Origin: a bacterium
GTDB lineage: Bacteria; Sysuimicrobiota; Sysuimicrobiia; Sysuimicrobiales; Kaftiobacteriaceae
Length of the DNA: 64,000 nt
Assembly (NCBI GenBank): GCA_035292085.1
Contig: DATDQT010000051.1
Location: 22,829-86,828 of the forward strand
Direction of reading: 5' to 3'
Under the pieces are notes generated by a model that saw only the letters and a list, made by a program, of their open reading frames with translations, was not told the DNA's origin and searched no databases. A program made the translations under genes and the position numbers. Of this stretch, positions 9,111 to 19,032 are shown in pieces. The stretch's first letter is position 1. Every line of letters begins with the position of its first letter.

Positions 9111-10207
9111 AGCAGCTCCGCCGGACCAGCCTGTACGACACGCACGTGGCCGCCGGGGCCAGGATGGTGCCGTTCGCCGGCTGGGAGATGCCCGTCCAGT
9201 ACAGCGGTATCGTGGACGAGCACCGCGCCGTCCGCACGCGCGCCGGGCTGTTCGACGTGTCGCATATGGGCGAGGTCGCGGTCACCGGCCCCGGCGCGCG
9301 CGGGAGTGTGCAGTGGTTGATCACCAATGACGCGGGACGGCTGCGGCCCGGGGAAGGTCTGTACTCCCCCATGTGCGCGGCGCACGGCGGCATTCTCGAC
9401 GACCTGACCGTGTTCTGCCTGGATGAGGGCCGGTTTCTGCTCGTGGTCAACGCGGCGACCACCGCACAGGATGTGCGCTGGATCAGCGGGCAGGTCTCTG
9501 ACGCCCAGGCGGACGATCGGTCCGAGGAGCTGGCGCTGCTGGCGCTCCAAGGCCCGCGGGCCGCGGCGATCTTGCAGCGGATCGCGCGGACCGACCTGGC
9601 GACGCTGCGGGCGTTTGCCATGCGTGAGGGCATCGACGTCGGCGGCGTGCCCGCGATTGTGTCGCGCACCGGGTACACCGGCGAGGACGGGTTCGAGATC
9701 GTGTGCCCGTGGGACCGCGCCCCGGCCGTGTGGAACAGCCTGGTCGGAGCGGGACGGGATGACGGCCTCGTGCCCTGCGGGTTGGGCGCCCGGGACACGC
9801 TGCGGTTGGAAGCCGGGTTCATGCTCTACGGCAGCGACATCGACGAGACGACCACGCCCCTGGAGGCGCCGCTGGCGTGGACGGTCAAGTGGGACAAAGG
9901 CGACTTCAGCGGGCGCGCGGCGCTGGCGGCGCAGAAGGCGAGGGGCGTAGCCCGGAAGCTGGTCGGGTTCGAACTGCTGGACCGCGCGATCGCCCGACCC
10001 GGCTATCACCTGACATCCGGCGGCCGGACCGTCGGCACGGTTACCAGCGGCACGTTTGGGCCCTGGGTGAACAAGAGCATCGGGATGGGGTATGTTGAGA
10101 GGGCGGCCGCGGGGACGGGCACGCCGCTGGAGGCAGACATTCGGGGCAAGGCGGCGCGGGCGGTCGTTGTGAAGTTACCCTTCTACAGACGGATGGCGGG
10201 ATCATAG
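9107..10207 (+). CDS. gcvT: Glycine cleavage system T protein (aminomethyltransferase)
   Basis: Full-length GcvT similarity (MPVQYSGIVDEHRAVRTRAGLFDVSHMG...). Confidence 0.95.
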   Translation: MKQLRRTSLYDTHVAAGARMVPFAGWEMPVQYSGIVDEHRAVRTRAGLFDVSHMGEVAVTGPGARGSVQWLITNDAGRLRPGEGLYSPMCAAHGGILDDLTVFCLDEGRFLLVVNAATTAQDVRWISGQVSDAQADDRSEELALLALQGPRAAAILQRIARTDLATLRAFAMREGIDVGGVPAIVSRTGYTGEDGFEIVCPWDRAPAVWNSLVGAGRDDGLVPCGLGARDTLRLEAGFMLYGSDIDETTTPLEAPLAWTVKWDKGDFSGRAALAAQKARGVARKLVGFELLDRAIARPGYHLTSGGRTVGTVTSGTFGPWVNKSIGMGYVERAAAGTGTPLEADIRGKAARAVVVKLPFYRRMAGS

Positions 10208-10215
10208 GGGAGACC

Positions 10216-10602
10216 GTGTACCCTCAGGACCTCCGGTATTCCTCCGAACATGAATGGGCGCGCGTCGAAGACGGCCGCATCCGCGTCGGCATCACGAAGT
10301 TTGCCGCGGACCGGCTCAGCGACGTCGTGTTCATCGAACTGCCGGCCCCCGGCGCGTCGGTCACCTCCATGCAGCCGTTTGGCGTCGTCGAGTCGGTGAA
10401 GGCGGTCTCCGATCTCTACGCACCGGTCAGCGGCACGGTGGTCGAGGTGAACACCTCGCTGACCGAGACGCCGGAAGTCGTCAACACCGATCCCTACGGC
10501 AGCGGCTGGATGATCGTCGTGGACCCGAAAGACCTTCGTGAGTTCGAGCAGTTGATGTCCCGGGAGCAGTACCTGACCGCGATCGGAGAAGACGGCGAAT
10601 GA
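10216..10602 (+). CDS. gcvH: Glycine cleavage system H protein (lipoyl carrier)
   Basis: Lipoyl-lysine motif region (ESVKAVSDLYAPVSG); 128 aa. Confidence 0.95.
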   Translation: MYPQDLRYSSEHEWARVEDGRIRVGITKFAADRLSDVVFIELPAPGASVTSMQPFGVVESVKAVSDLYAPVSGTVVEVNTSLTETPEVVNTDPYGSGWMIVVDPKDLREFEQLMSREQYLTAIGEDGE

Positions 10603-12017
10603 CCGCACGGCGGAAGCCCGCGCTCAGCGAGGCCCCAGAGACGACGAGGGTTGCCCCGGCATCGGCCGGCCGGCAGCACAAGTACATCCCGGTGACCGAC
10701 GCCGAGCGGGCGGAGATGCTGGCGGTCATCGGGGTGGACTCGGTGGACGCGCTGTTTGCCGACATTCCCTCCGCGGTGCGGCTGGATCGGCCATTGAACC
10801 TCCCGCCCGCGCTCAGCGATCCCGAACTCATGGCTCACCTGAAGCGGCTCGCTGAGCGCAACGTCGACTGCGACCGCGCCACGTGCTTTCTCGGGGCCGG
10901 CGCGTACGACCACTACGTGCCCAGCGTGGTCTGGCATCTTGCCGGCCGCGGTGAGTTTCTCACCGCCTACACCCCCTACCAGGCCGAGTTGATGCAGGGC
11001 GAACTGCAGGCGGGCTACGAGTACCAGAGCATGCTGTGCGAATTGACCGGAATGGACGTGGCCAACGCGTCGATGTACGACGGGGCCTCGGCGACAGCGG
11101 AAGCCGCGGTGATGGCGCGGGACGTGACCAAACGGGACGAGGTCATCGTCAGTACCGCGGTCCATCCGGAGTACCGCGAGGTCCTGCGCACGTACACCGC
11201 GCCGCTGGGACTGGACATCGTCGAGGTGCCGCACCGCGGCGGCTCCACCGCGGTCGAGGGCGTGGCCGACATCCTGTCGGACCGGACGGCCGCGGTGATC
11301 ATCCAGCATCCCAATTTCTTTGGGGGGCTGGAGCGCGCAGACGCGCTGGCGGCACTGGCGCACGAGCGTGGGGCCTTGCTGCTGTGCGCGGTCGCCGAAC
11401 CGCTGTCCTTGGGAATCCTGAAGCCGCCGGGCGCCTGGGGCGCGGACATCGTCGCCGGGGAAGGGCAGCCGCTGGGCAACAACCTGAATTTCGGCGGTCC
11501 CTACCTGGGCATGCTCGCCACACGGCAGGAATTCGTGCGGCGGATGCCGGGCCGGCTCGTCGGCGCCACGGTCGATACGGACGGGCGCCGCGGATTCGTG
11601 CTGACCCTGCAGACCCGCGAGCAGCACATCCGGCGCGAGAAGGCGACCAGCAACGTCTGCACCAACGAGGCGCTGCTGGCGCTGGCGGCCGCCGTGTACA
11701 TGGCCGTGCTGGGCAAGCAGGGGTTCCGCACCGTGGCGGAGTTGAACCTGCGTAAGGCCGCCTACGCCAAGGAGGCCATCACGGCCCTCCCGGGATACCG
11801 CCTGGCGTTCGAGGGGCCGACCTTCAACGAGTTCGTCGTCAAAACACCGCGGGCACCCGAGGAGATCAACCGGCGTCTGGCCGAGCACGGCATCCTCGGC
11901 GGCGCCCCACTCGGCCGCTGGTATCCTGAACTCGCCGACTGCTGGCTGCTCTGCGTCACCGAGCAACGGACGCGCCCGGAGATCGACCGGCTCGTCTCGC
12001 TGCTGGGGGACCTGTGA
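10599..12017 (+). CDS. gcvPA: Glycine dehydrogenase (decarboxylating) subunit 1
   Basis: N-terminal half of the split P-protein; start overlaps the gcvH stop. Confidence 0.95.
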   Translation: MTARRKPALSEAPETTRVAPASAGRQHKYIPVTDAERAEMLAVIGVDSVDALFADIPSAVRLDRPLNLPPALSDPELMAHLKRLAERNVDCDRATCFLGAGAYDHYVPSVVWHLAGRGEFLTAYTPYQAELMQGELQAGYEYQSMLCELTGMDVANASMYDGASATAEAAVMARDVTKRDEVIVSTAVHPEYREVLRTYTAPLGLDIVEVPHRGGSTAVEGVADILSDRTAAVIIQHPNFFGGLERADALAALAHERGALLLCAVAEPLSLGILKPPGAWGADIVAGEGQPLGNNLNFGGPYLGMLATRQEFVRRMPGRLVGATVDTDGRRGFVLTLQTREQHIRREKATSNVCTNEALLALAAAVYMAVLGKQGFRTVAELNLRKAAYAKEAITALPGYRLAFEGPTFNEFVVKTPRAPEEINRRLAEHGILGGAPLGRWYPELADCWLLCVTEQRTRPEIDRLVSLLGDL

Positions 12018-13489
12018 TGAATCGGCGCGCGCGCGACTTTCCCGTCGTCTTTGAGCTGAGTGTGCCGGGCCGCGTGGGGTCGTCCTATCCCGACCTGGAC
12101 GTGCCTGAGCGCCCGCTGGCGGAACTCGGGATCCTCCCCCAGGATCTCCGCGAGACGCCGCCGGAACTCCCGGAGGTCAGCGAGCCGGACGTCGTGCGGC
12201 ACTACACCCGGCTGTCGCACCGCAACTTCAGCATCGACGAAGGATTCTACCCGCTGGGCTCGTGCACCATGAAGTACAACCCGAAGATCCACGAAGATGT
12301 GGCCCGGCTGTCGGGGTTTGCCCGCCTGCACCCGTACGCGGCGGAGGACCACGTCCAGGGCGCACTGCACGTGCTGTGGGAACTGGAGCGCCTGCTGGCG
12401 GAAGTCAGCGGCATGGACCGGGTGACGTTCCAGCCGGCGGCGGGCGCGCACGGCGAACTGACGGGCCTGCTGATGGTCCGGGCGTACTTCGAATCGCGCG
12501 GGGAACGCCGCACGAAAGTCATCGTGCCCGACTCCGCGCACGGGACGAACCCGGCGACGGCCTCCATGGTCGGCTACCAGGTCGTCACCGTGAAGTCCGA
12601 CGCGCGGGGGAACATCGACGCCGGCGCGCTGCGCGCGGCGATGGACGACTCGGTGGCCGCGCTGATGCTCACCAACCCCAACACGCTGGGTTTGTTCGAA
12701 GAACACATTACCGGCGTCGAGGCGATCGTCCACGGCCGCGGCGGCCAGATGTACCTCGACGGCGCGAACTTCAACGCGATGCTGGGGGTGACGCGGCCGG
12801 GCGATCAAGGGTTTGACGTCATGCACATGAACCTGCACAAGACGTTCACGACCCCGCACGGCGGCGGAGGACCCGGCGCCGGCGCGGTCGGGGTGAAAGC
12901 GCACCTGGCGCCGTTTCTCCCGCTGCCGACCGTTGAACGCGACGGCGACCGCTACCGCCTGGAGTACGACCGCCCGCAGTCGATCGGGAAGATCCGGGCC
13001 TTCTACGGGAACTTCGGGAACCTGGTGCGGGCGTACGCCTATCTGCGGTCCATGGGGGCCGGCGGGCTGCGGCAGATCGCCGAGACCGCCGTCCTCAACG
13101 CCAACTACATGCTGGCGCGGCTGCGCGGCGCGTTCGAACTCCCCTACGACCGGCTCTGCAAGCACGAGTTCGTCCTGTCGGGATCCCGCCAGAAGAAACG
13201 GTACGGGGTGACGACCAAGGACATGGCCAAACGGATCCTCGACTACGGGTTCCACGCCCCGACCATTTACTTCCCGCTGATCGTCGACGAGGCGATCATG
13301 ATCGAGCCCACGGAGACCGAGAGCAAGCGGACGATGGATGAGTTCATCGACGCGATGCTCGCCATCGACGCCGAGGCCCGCGACAACGCGGATGTGGTAA
13401 AGACCGCGCCGCATGCGACGCCGGTGACGCGCCTGGATGAGGTCCGCGCCGCCCGGCACCCCGACTTGCGCTGGAAACCGCCGCAGTAA
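12014..13489 (+). CDS. gcvPB: Glycine dehydrogenase (decarboxylating) subunit 2 (PLP-binding)
   Basis: C-terminal P-protein half with PLP-lysine region ([19 protein letters not shown]). Confidence 0.95.
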   Translation: MMNRRARDFPVVFELSVPGRVGSSYPDLDVPERPLAELGILPQDLRETPPELPEVSEPDVVRHYTRLSHRNFSIDEGFYPLGSCTMKYNPKIHEDVARLSGFARLHPYAAEDHVQGALHVLWELERLLAEVSGMDRVTFQPAAGAHGELTGLLMVRAYFESRGERRTKVIVPDSAHGTNPATASMVGYQVVTVKSDARGNIDAGALRAAMDDSVAALMLTNPNTLGLFEEHITGVEAIVHGRGGQMYLDGANFNAMLGVTRPGDQGFDVMHMNLHKTFTTPHGGGGPGAGAVGVKAHLAPFLPLPTVERDGDRYRLEYDRPQSIGKIRAFYGNFGNLVRAYAYLRSMGAGGLRQIAETAVLNANYMLARLRGAFELPYDRLCKHEFVLSGSRQKKRYGVTTKDMAKRILDYGFHAPTIYFPLIVDEAIMIEPTETESKRTMDEFIDAMLAIDAEARDNADVVKTAPHATPVTRLDEVRAARHPDLRWKPPQ

Positions 13490-13496
13490 CCGGACG

Positions 13497-14447
13497 ATGC
13501 CCGCGCCCCGAAGCCCGATCCCCGTCAGCGCGGCGGACATCCGCGCCGCGCGCGCGCGGATCGCGCCGTACATCCGCACCACGCCCGTCCTTTCTTTGAC
13601 CGCCGATGTCGCCCTGAAGTTGGAAAACCTGCAGATCACCGGGTCGTTCAAGGTGCGGGGCGCGTTCAACCACGTGCTGGCGCTGCGCGCGCAGTGTGAG
13701 GCCGGGATTATCACCGCCTCGTCCGGCAATCACGGGCAGGCCGTGGCGTTCGTCGCGAAGGTCCTGGGGCTGAAGGCGGTGGTGGTGGTGCCCGACGACG
13801 TGGCCGCGTCCAAGGCCGCCGGCATCAGCGGATATGGCGCGGAGCTCATCCGGCACGGGCGCTATTCGGAAGAACGGGTGACCTATGCGAAAGAACTTGC
13901 CTCACGCCGCGGGCTCCACTACGTCCCGCCGTACGATGACGCCTGGGTCATCGCCGGGCAGGGCACGGCGGGGCTCGAGATTCTCGAGCAGGTTCCCGAT
14001 GTCGCGGTTGTGGCCGTTCCGGTGAGTGGGGGCGGGCTGATTTCCGGCATTGCCATGGCGGTCAAGGACTCACGCCCGCAGGCGAAAGTCGTCGGCGTCG
14101 AACCGCAGGAGGCGAGGCGGTTTGCCCTGTCCAGGTCATCCGGCACGCCCATCACGCTGGCCCACGCGCAGACCATCGCCGACGGCCTCCGGGTGCTGAC
14201 CCCGGGCCGGCTGACGTGGGAGATCACGAACCGCGACGTCGACGAGTTCGCCGCCGTTGACGATGATGCGATCCTCGCCGCGATGCGCCGGCTCGCATTC
14301 GACGGCCATGTCGTGGCGGAACCGTCCGGCGCGGCGAGCGCGGCGTACGCGCTGGCGGCCGGCGCCGCCCACACCGTGGCCGTGGTCAGCGGGGGAAACG
14401 TCGACCCCGCGGTCCTGCTGCGCGCCCTGGCAATCGGTTCCCACTAG
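13497..14447 (+). CDS. PLP-dependent threonine/serine dehydratase (threonine ammonia-lyase family)
   Basis: PLP lysine motif (GSFKVRGA), glycine-rich loop (SSGNHGQA); ~316 aa without ACT domain. Confidence 0.85.
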   Translation: MPAPRSPIPVSAADIRAARARIAPYIRTTPVLSLTADVALKLENLQITGSFKVRGAFNHVLALRAQCEAGIITASSGNHGQAVAFVAKVLGLKAVVVVPDDVAASKAAGISGYGAELIRHGRYSEERVTYAKELASRRGLHYVPPYDDAWVIAGQGTAGLEILEQVPDVAVVAVPVSGGGLISGIAMAVKDSRPQAKVVGVEPQEARRFALSRSSGTPITLAHAQTIADGLRVLTPGRLTWEITNRDVDEFAAVDDDAILAAMRRLAFDGHVVAEPSGAASAAYALAAGAAHTVAVVSGGNVDPAVLLRALAIGSH

Positions 14448-14567
14448 TTTCTGAGCCCACGTCTGCACCCGTCTGCCGGTCAATGGCTGACGCAACGGCG
14501 TTCCCACGCCCTGGTGAAATCGCGAGAAAACGAGAGATTTCCGGCGGAAGAGCGAGCCAGAGCGCGG

Positions 14568-14581
14568 ATACGCACAAATGT
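14568..14581. promoter_or_regulatory. Weaker LexA (Cheo-type) box CGCACAAATGTTCG
   Basis: Two mismatches to CGAACATATGTTCG, 85 bp upstream of lexA. Confidence 0.4.
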
Positions 14582-14625
14582 TCGTATGTGGCTCCCATTT
14601 CCTGGGTGGCCTGCCGGTTGATGTT

Positions 14626-14639
14626 CGTACATATGTTCG
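14626..14639. promoter_or_regulatory. LexA SOS box (Cheo box) CGTACATATGTTCG
   Basis: One mismatch to the Gram-positive consensus CGAACATATGTTCG, 28 bp upstream of the lexA ATG. Confidence 0.7.
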
Positions 14640-14666
14640 CCATACAATGAGTGCGGAGGTGAGCCC

Positions 14667-15308
14667 ATGACGACGCCGCTGACCGACAGACAGCGTGAAG
14701 TCCTCGAGCACATTGCCGCGTCCATCCGGCGAAGCGGGATCGTGCCGTCCGTCCGGGAGATCGGGTCTGCGCTGGGGATGCGCTCTCCATCAACCGTTCA
14801 CCAACACCTGATGGCGCTGGAACGCAAAGGGTACATCAGGCGCGCCGGCGACCGGATGCGGGTGCTGGAGGTGTTGGACCGTTCAGTGCTTCCAGACGGC
14901 GAGGTCGCCCACCTGCCCCTCGTCGGCCGCGTCTCGGCCGGCCTTCCGCTGCTCGCGCACGAGAATGTTGAGGAGATGATTCCGGTGCCCCGCAAGATGG
15001 TGGGCTGGCAGGATGAATGCTTCCTGCTCACCGTTCGCGGAGACAGCATGATCGGCGCCGGGATTTTTGACGGCGATCTGGTCATCGTGCACTCCCAGCC
15101 CGCGGCCGATTCCGGGGACATCGTGGTCGCCCTGCTCGGTGAGGAAGCGACGGTGAAGCGACTGGTCTATGAACGCTCGCGGCCCCGCCTGATCGCCGAG
15201 AATCCTGCCTATGCCCCGATCGACGACGAGTTCGAGATCATCGGCAAAGTCGTGGGCCTGCTGCGCAACTATCACGCCACGGCTGCCGGGCGAGGGGGAT
15301 GGTCATGA
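14667..15308 (+). CDS. lexA: LexA repressor
   Basis: N-terminal winged HTH, Ala-Gly cleavage site (VAALGE region) and S24 peptidase Ser/Lys (GDSMIGAGIFDGD ... KRL). Confidence 0.95.
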   Translation: MTTPLTDRQREVLEHIAASIRRSGIVPSVREIGSALGMRSPSTVHQHLMALERKGYIRRAGDRMRVLEVLDRSVLPDGEVAHLPLVGRVSAGLPLLAHENVEEMIPVPRKMVGWQDECFLLTVRGDSMIGAGIFDGDLVIVHSQPAADSGDIVVALLGEEATVKRLVYERSRPRLIAENPAYAPIDDEFEIIGKVVGLLRNYHATAAGRGGWS

Positions 15309-15562
15309 TTGGAGCAGGCGTGCGGGTCGTCACCCGTTCCGTGGTGCTGCCGCGATCCCGCGTCGCGCGGCGCCGGCGCAGCGGCCGGCTGCATCTGTCC
15401 GGTGTGAACGGGGTAAAACACCGGCAGCCCGTTGAGCGCGCACGTCCGTCCCGGTCGGGCTGGATGGCGCGCTTCGAGAACGATCGAGAGCTGACCGCGG
15501 TCAAGGTCGCGCTGGTAGGCGCGGCCGTGTTGATCGCGATGGCGCTGGAGGTGCCGTGGTAG
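15299..15562 (+). CDS. Small basic protein with C-terminal TM helix, translationally coupled to lexA
   Basis: ATGGTCATGA overlap with the lexA stop; Arg-rich N-terminus and hydrophobic C-terminal helix (AVKVALVGAAVLIAMALEV). Confidence 0.45.
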   Translation: MVMIGAGVRVVTRSVVLPRSRVARRRRSGRLHLSGVNGVKHRQPVERARPSRSGWMARFENDRELTAVKVALVGAAVLIAMALEVPW

Positions 15563-16047
15563 TGCAGGACCGGACACACACGTTTGACCTCATCGTCAGT
15601 ACGGTCGTACGGGATGGCCGCGCGGCCGTGGGGACGGTCCTTCGCGGCGACACCGGGACCACGCTCCGGGTCGCCGGGCGGACATTTGGGCCGATCCCCA
15701 GAGTGCAGGCCTCGTACCGCGCGCTGCTCCGGGCCTTGTGGAATGCGCGGACGCTCGGCGCCCGCCGGCTGCGCGTCCATACCGATGATGCAGAGTTGGT
15801 CGTACAGCTGGAGGGCCAGGTCGACGTTCCTCCTGAATTGATCGGCCTCCACCTGCAGGTGCGCGCCATGCTCAACGCATACCGGTGGAGTTCGGTGGAG
15901 TGGATGGCCCCCGAAGAGAACCGCGAGGCGACCGCGGCAGCCCACGGCGCACTGGAACGGCAGCCGGCCGGATCCGACGGCGATGAGGTTGAAATGCTTC
16001 CCCTCTGGCTGTCGTCCGAACTGACCGCGGCCGGTTCGCGCCGCTAG
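15556..16047 (+). CDS. RNase H-like domain protein (RVT_3 family)
   Basis: RNase-H-fold signature (LRVHTDDAELVVQLEG ... WMAPEENREATAAAHGAL); start overlaps the upstream ORF. Confidence 0.6.
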   Translation: MVVQDRTHTFDLIVSTVVRDGRAAVGTVLRGDTGTTLRVAGRTFGPIPRVQASYRALLRALWNARTLGARRLRVHTDDAELVVQLEGQVDVPPELIGLHLQVRAMLNAYRWSSVEWMAPEENREATAAAHGALERQPAGSDGDEVEMLPLWLSSELTAAGSRR

Positions 16048-16234
16048 CGAGACCCGTTCCAGTTTCGCGTACAGGTGTGGCTCAGTTCGCCAGAGAAGTT
16101 CTGCCCTCGCATGATCCCTTGATGCCATTCGACTCGCCCGCCACGCAGGCTCGCTCATGGCCTGGCGCTGAGTCGGATGGCCTGAGCGAACGGAGTGAGT
16201 CGAACGGCCATGATCCCGCGTTGCCAGTGCCGTC

Positions 16235-16765
16235 ATGGGTGAAGCCGAGGCGCGCCCGTTTCTCGATGAGGGGGAAAAGCTGCTCGCCGCGGGCGACTAC
16301 GAGGCCGCTCAGCGCGCGTTCGAACGCGCCATCGAGGCCGCCCCGGAACTGGCCGTGGCGCACAGCAAGGTCGGCGTGGCCTTGGCGCAGCAGGGGCAGC
16401 ACGATGCGGCGATCGCCCGGTTCGCCAGGGCCGTGCGGCTCGACCCCGCCTACGCGCCCGCCTACAACAATCTCGGCAACGCCTACAAGGCCAAGGGCAT
16501 GCTCGACGAGGCAGTGGCGGCCTACCAGCGGGCGCTGGCGATCGATCCCGACTATTGGATCGCGCACCAGAATCTCGGCGTGGTCTACAAGGAGACGGGC
16601 CGGGTCGCCGAGTCCATCGACGAGCTCAAGAAGGCGACGCGGCTCTCCGCGCGCCGCCCGCAGACCGGCACCGGGTCAACTCCCCGGGGGTGCCTGCGTT
16701 CCGCCGCCGCGGCGCTGGTGGTCATGGCCGGAGCCGTCGTCGCCGCGCTGACACTGGTGCGCTGA
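16235..16765 (+). CDS. TPR-repeat protein with C-terminal TM anchor
   Basis: Three to four TPR motifs (AYNNLGNAYKAKGMLDEAVAAYQRALAIDP ...) and a hydrophobic C-terminus. Confidence 0.7.
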   Translation: MGEAEARPFLDEGEKLLAAGDYEAAQRAFERAIEAAPELAVAHSKVGVALAQQGQHDAAIARFARAVRLDPAYAPAYNNLGNAYKAKGMLDEAVAAYQRALAIDPDYWIAHQNLGVVYKETGRVAESIDELKKATRLSARRPQTGTGSTPRGCLRSAAAALVVMAGAVVAALTLVR

Positions 16766-16808
16766 AGCCGGTGGTCGTGCACTGTACTCTGCAGTGTGGA
16801 GGTGCCGC

Positions 16809-17423
16809 GTGTTCCGGTGGCTGCCGAAGGAAGAGACGTTTTTCGACCTGTTCACCCAGGCCGCCGAGAACATCCTGATCGCGGCGCAGCGGCTGGTCGA
16901 ACTGCTCGATGACTACCATGATGTCGAGCGCAAAGCCGAAACGATCAAGTCGCTGGAGGATGCCGGCGACGAGATTACCCACACGATCATTGATCGTCTG
17001 AACCGCACCTTTGTCACGCCGCTGGACCGTGAAGACATCTTTGCGCTGGCCAAACAACTCGACGACGTCCTCGACTGGATCGAAGCTTCCTCTGCCCGGC
17101 TGGCGGTCTACAAGATTCCGCACACGACGCCCGAGGCCCGCGAGTTGGGCCGGGTCATTCTCGCCGTGTGCCAGGCCCTCGTCGAGGCGGTGGGGGAACT
17201 GCGCCACCTCGACCGTCTCGACGCCCCCGTCCGCGAGATCAACCGCCTGGAGAACCTCGCCGACCATTTGCAGCGCGATGCGATCGCCGGACTGTTTACG
17301 TCCGGCGCCGATCCCATCGACGTCATCAAGTGGAAAGAAATCTACGAGACCCTGGAAGAAGCCACCGACCAGGGCGAGCACGTTGCCCACGTCCTGGAAG
17401 GGATCCGCACCAAGAACTTGTGA
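16809..17423 (+). CDS. DUF47 (PhoU-like) phosphate transport regulator, PiT-associated
   Basis: DUF47 N-terminus (FRWLPKEETFFDLF); GGAGG RBS 6 nt before GTG 16809; immediately upstream of the PiT transporter. Confidence 0.8.
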   Translation: MFRWLPKEETFFDLFTQAAENILIAAQRLVELLDDYHDVERKAETIKSLEDAGDEITHTIIDRLNRTFVTPLDREDIFALAKQLDDVLDWIEASSARLAVYKIPHTTPEARELGRVILAVCQALVEAVGELRHLDRLDAPVREINRLENLADHLQRDAIAGLFTSGADPIDVIKWKEIYETLEEATDQGEHVAHVLEGIRTKNL

Positions 17424-17430
17424 GGGTGGA

Positions 17431-18435
17431 GTGTCGTCGCTCGCCTTCGTCGTCGCCGTAATCGCCCTGGCGTGGACGTACGACTTCTTCAACGGCATGA
17501 ACGATGCTGCGAATGCGATCGCCACGTCCGTCAGCACCCGCGCGCTGACCCCCCGCCAGGCCATCCTGCTGGCGCGGACGCTGAACGTCCTGGGAGCGTT
17601 CTTCACGACGGAGGTGGCGAAGACCATCGGCAAAGGGATTGTGGTCGCCGACGCGGTCACGCAGCCGGTCGTCCTGGCCGCGCTGATCGGCGCGTCGTCG
17701 TGGGCCGGCGTGTGCACCCGCCTGGGGATTCCCATCAGCATTACGCACTCCCTGGTCGCCGGGATGATGGGTGCGGGGCTCGCCGCCGGCGGCCTGGCCG
17801 TGCTGAACTGGCCCAGCCTGACCAAGATTGGATACGCGATGGTGTTTTCACCCGTGGGGGGTTTCATCGGCGGCTTCGCGCTCATGCTGCTGACCTACTG
17901 GGCGTTCCGCCGGTTTCTGCCTGCCGTGGTCACGCGCGTGTTCCGGCACGGGCAGGTGGTCTCGGCCGCCTTCATGGCGTTCGCCCACGGCGCCAACGAC
18001 ACCCAGAATGCCATGGGAGCGATCACCGCGGCGCTGTTGGCGGGAGGCTTCCTCAGCGAGTTCAAGGTGCCGGTGTGGGTGATCGCCGGATCGGCGTTCT
18101 TCATGGGATTGGGGACGTCAGTCGGCGGCTGGCGCGTCATCAAGACGATGGGCATGCGGATGGTGAAACTGCAGCCGCCGCAGGGATTTGCGGCCGAGGT
18201 GTCGTCCGCGTCCGTGATCCTGCTGGCGACGGTGCTGGGGTTGCCGATCAGCACGACCCACGTCATCTCCACCGCGATCATGGGCGTGGGGGCCACCCGA
18301 CGGCTGTCGGCGGTGCGGTGGGGAATCGCCGGCCACATCGCGGCCGCGTGGGTGTTCACGTTCCCCGGGGCCGCGCTCATCGGGGCCGGGTCGTTCTACC
18401 TGGTGACGGCGCTGGTGCGGGCCTTCGGGGTATAA
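17431..18435 (+). CDS. pit: Inorganic phosphate transporter, PiT family
   Basis: PiT N-terminal motif (DFFNGMNDAANAIATSV) and its C-terminal duplicate (FAHGANDTQNAMG); GTG start after RBS; the longer upstream ORF is judged spurious. Confidence 0.85.
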   Translation: MSSLAFVVAVIALAWTYDFFNGMNDAANAIATSVSTRALTPRQAILLARTLNVLGAFFTTEVAKTIGKGIVVADAVTQPVVLAALIGASSWAGVCTRLGIPISITHSLVAGMMGAGLAAGGLAVLNWPSLTKIGYAMVFSPVGGFIGGFALMLLTYWAFRRFLPAVVTRVFRHGQVVSAAFMAFAHGANDTQNAMGAITAALLAGGFLSEFKVPVWVIAGSAFFMGLGTSVGGWRVIKTMGMRMVKLQPPQGFAAEVSSASVILLATVLGLPISTTHVISTAIMGVGATRRLSAVRWGIAGHIAAAWVFTFPGAALIGAGSFYLVTALVRAFGV

Positions 18436-18544
18436 TGCGAGGGTCTGGCCTCGGGAATGAACCCACGGGCATCATCGTTCTACATCTCGTGGCGGCGCTC
18501 CCTGACATGCGGTGTGGTTCAGGGAAAGTCATAGGAGGAGACGG

Positions 18545-18883
18545 ATGGGGAACGCGCAGCATGTGACCGAGCGAGAGTTCACCCAGGAGGTCCTGCAGGC
18601 CGCAGTCCCGGTGCTCGTGGACTTCTGGGCGGAGTGGTGTGCGCCGTGCCGGATGATCGCGCCGATCGTGGAAGATTTCGCGACAGAGTACAAGGGCCGG
18701 CTGAAGGTCGTGAAGGTCGATGTCGACGACAACGGCGGCATCGCGGTCAAGTACTCCATCATGAGCATCCCGACATTGGGCGTCTTCAAGGGGGGCGAGC
18801 TGGTCGAGCGGATCGTCGGCTACATGCCCAAGGCGGAACTGAAGCGGCGGATCGATGCCGCGATCGGACAGCGGGTGAGTTGA
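18545..18883 (+). CDS. trxA: Thioredoxin
   Basis: WCAPC active site; AGGAGGA RBS before ATG 18545. Confidence 0.95.
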   Translation: MGNAQHVTEREFTQEVLQAAVPVLVDFWAEWCAPCRMIAPIVEDFATEYKGRLKVVKVDVDDNGGIAVKYSIMSIPTLGVFKGGELVERIVGYMPKAELKRRIDAAIGQRVS

Positions 18884-18885
18884 CA

Positions 18886-19032
18886 CCCGGGAGCCGGTAA
18901 CCGGGAGCCGGTAGCCATACGACATCAGCATTGGAAAGCGCGAGGGGCCGACTGGTTTCGGCTCCTCGTTGTTTTGCCTTCTATTTTTGCCTTCTATATG
19001 GTTACCGGTTTCCGGCTTCCGGTTTCCGTCAG
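18886..19032. repeat. Composite GC-rich palindromic repeat element between convergent trxA and trxB
   Basis: Tandem 13-mers CCGGGAGCCGGTA x2 (18886-18916) and their imperfect inverse GGTTACCGGTTTCCGG/CTTCCGGTTTCCGTCAG (19000-19032) flanking the terminator; a related copy lies at 23383-23424. Confidence 0.6.
18941..18978 (+). terminator. Intrinsic terminator-like hairpin plus T-run downstream of trxA
   Basis: CGAGGGGCCG-ACTGGTTT-CGGCTCCTCG stem-loop followed by TTGTTTTG. Confidence 0.55.

Noticed and set aside
10494-13729. 490-aa and 655-aa minus-strand ORFs antisense to gcvPA/gcvPB
   Set aside because: No domains, high-GC frame artefacts opposite highly conserved genes.
17011-17430. Upstream extension of the PiT ORF overlapping the DUF47 gene
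   Set aside because: Out-of-frame overlap with the conserved DUF47 protein; a proper RBS/GTG lies at 17431.
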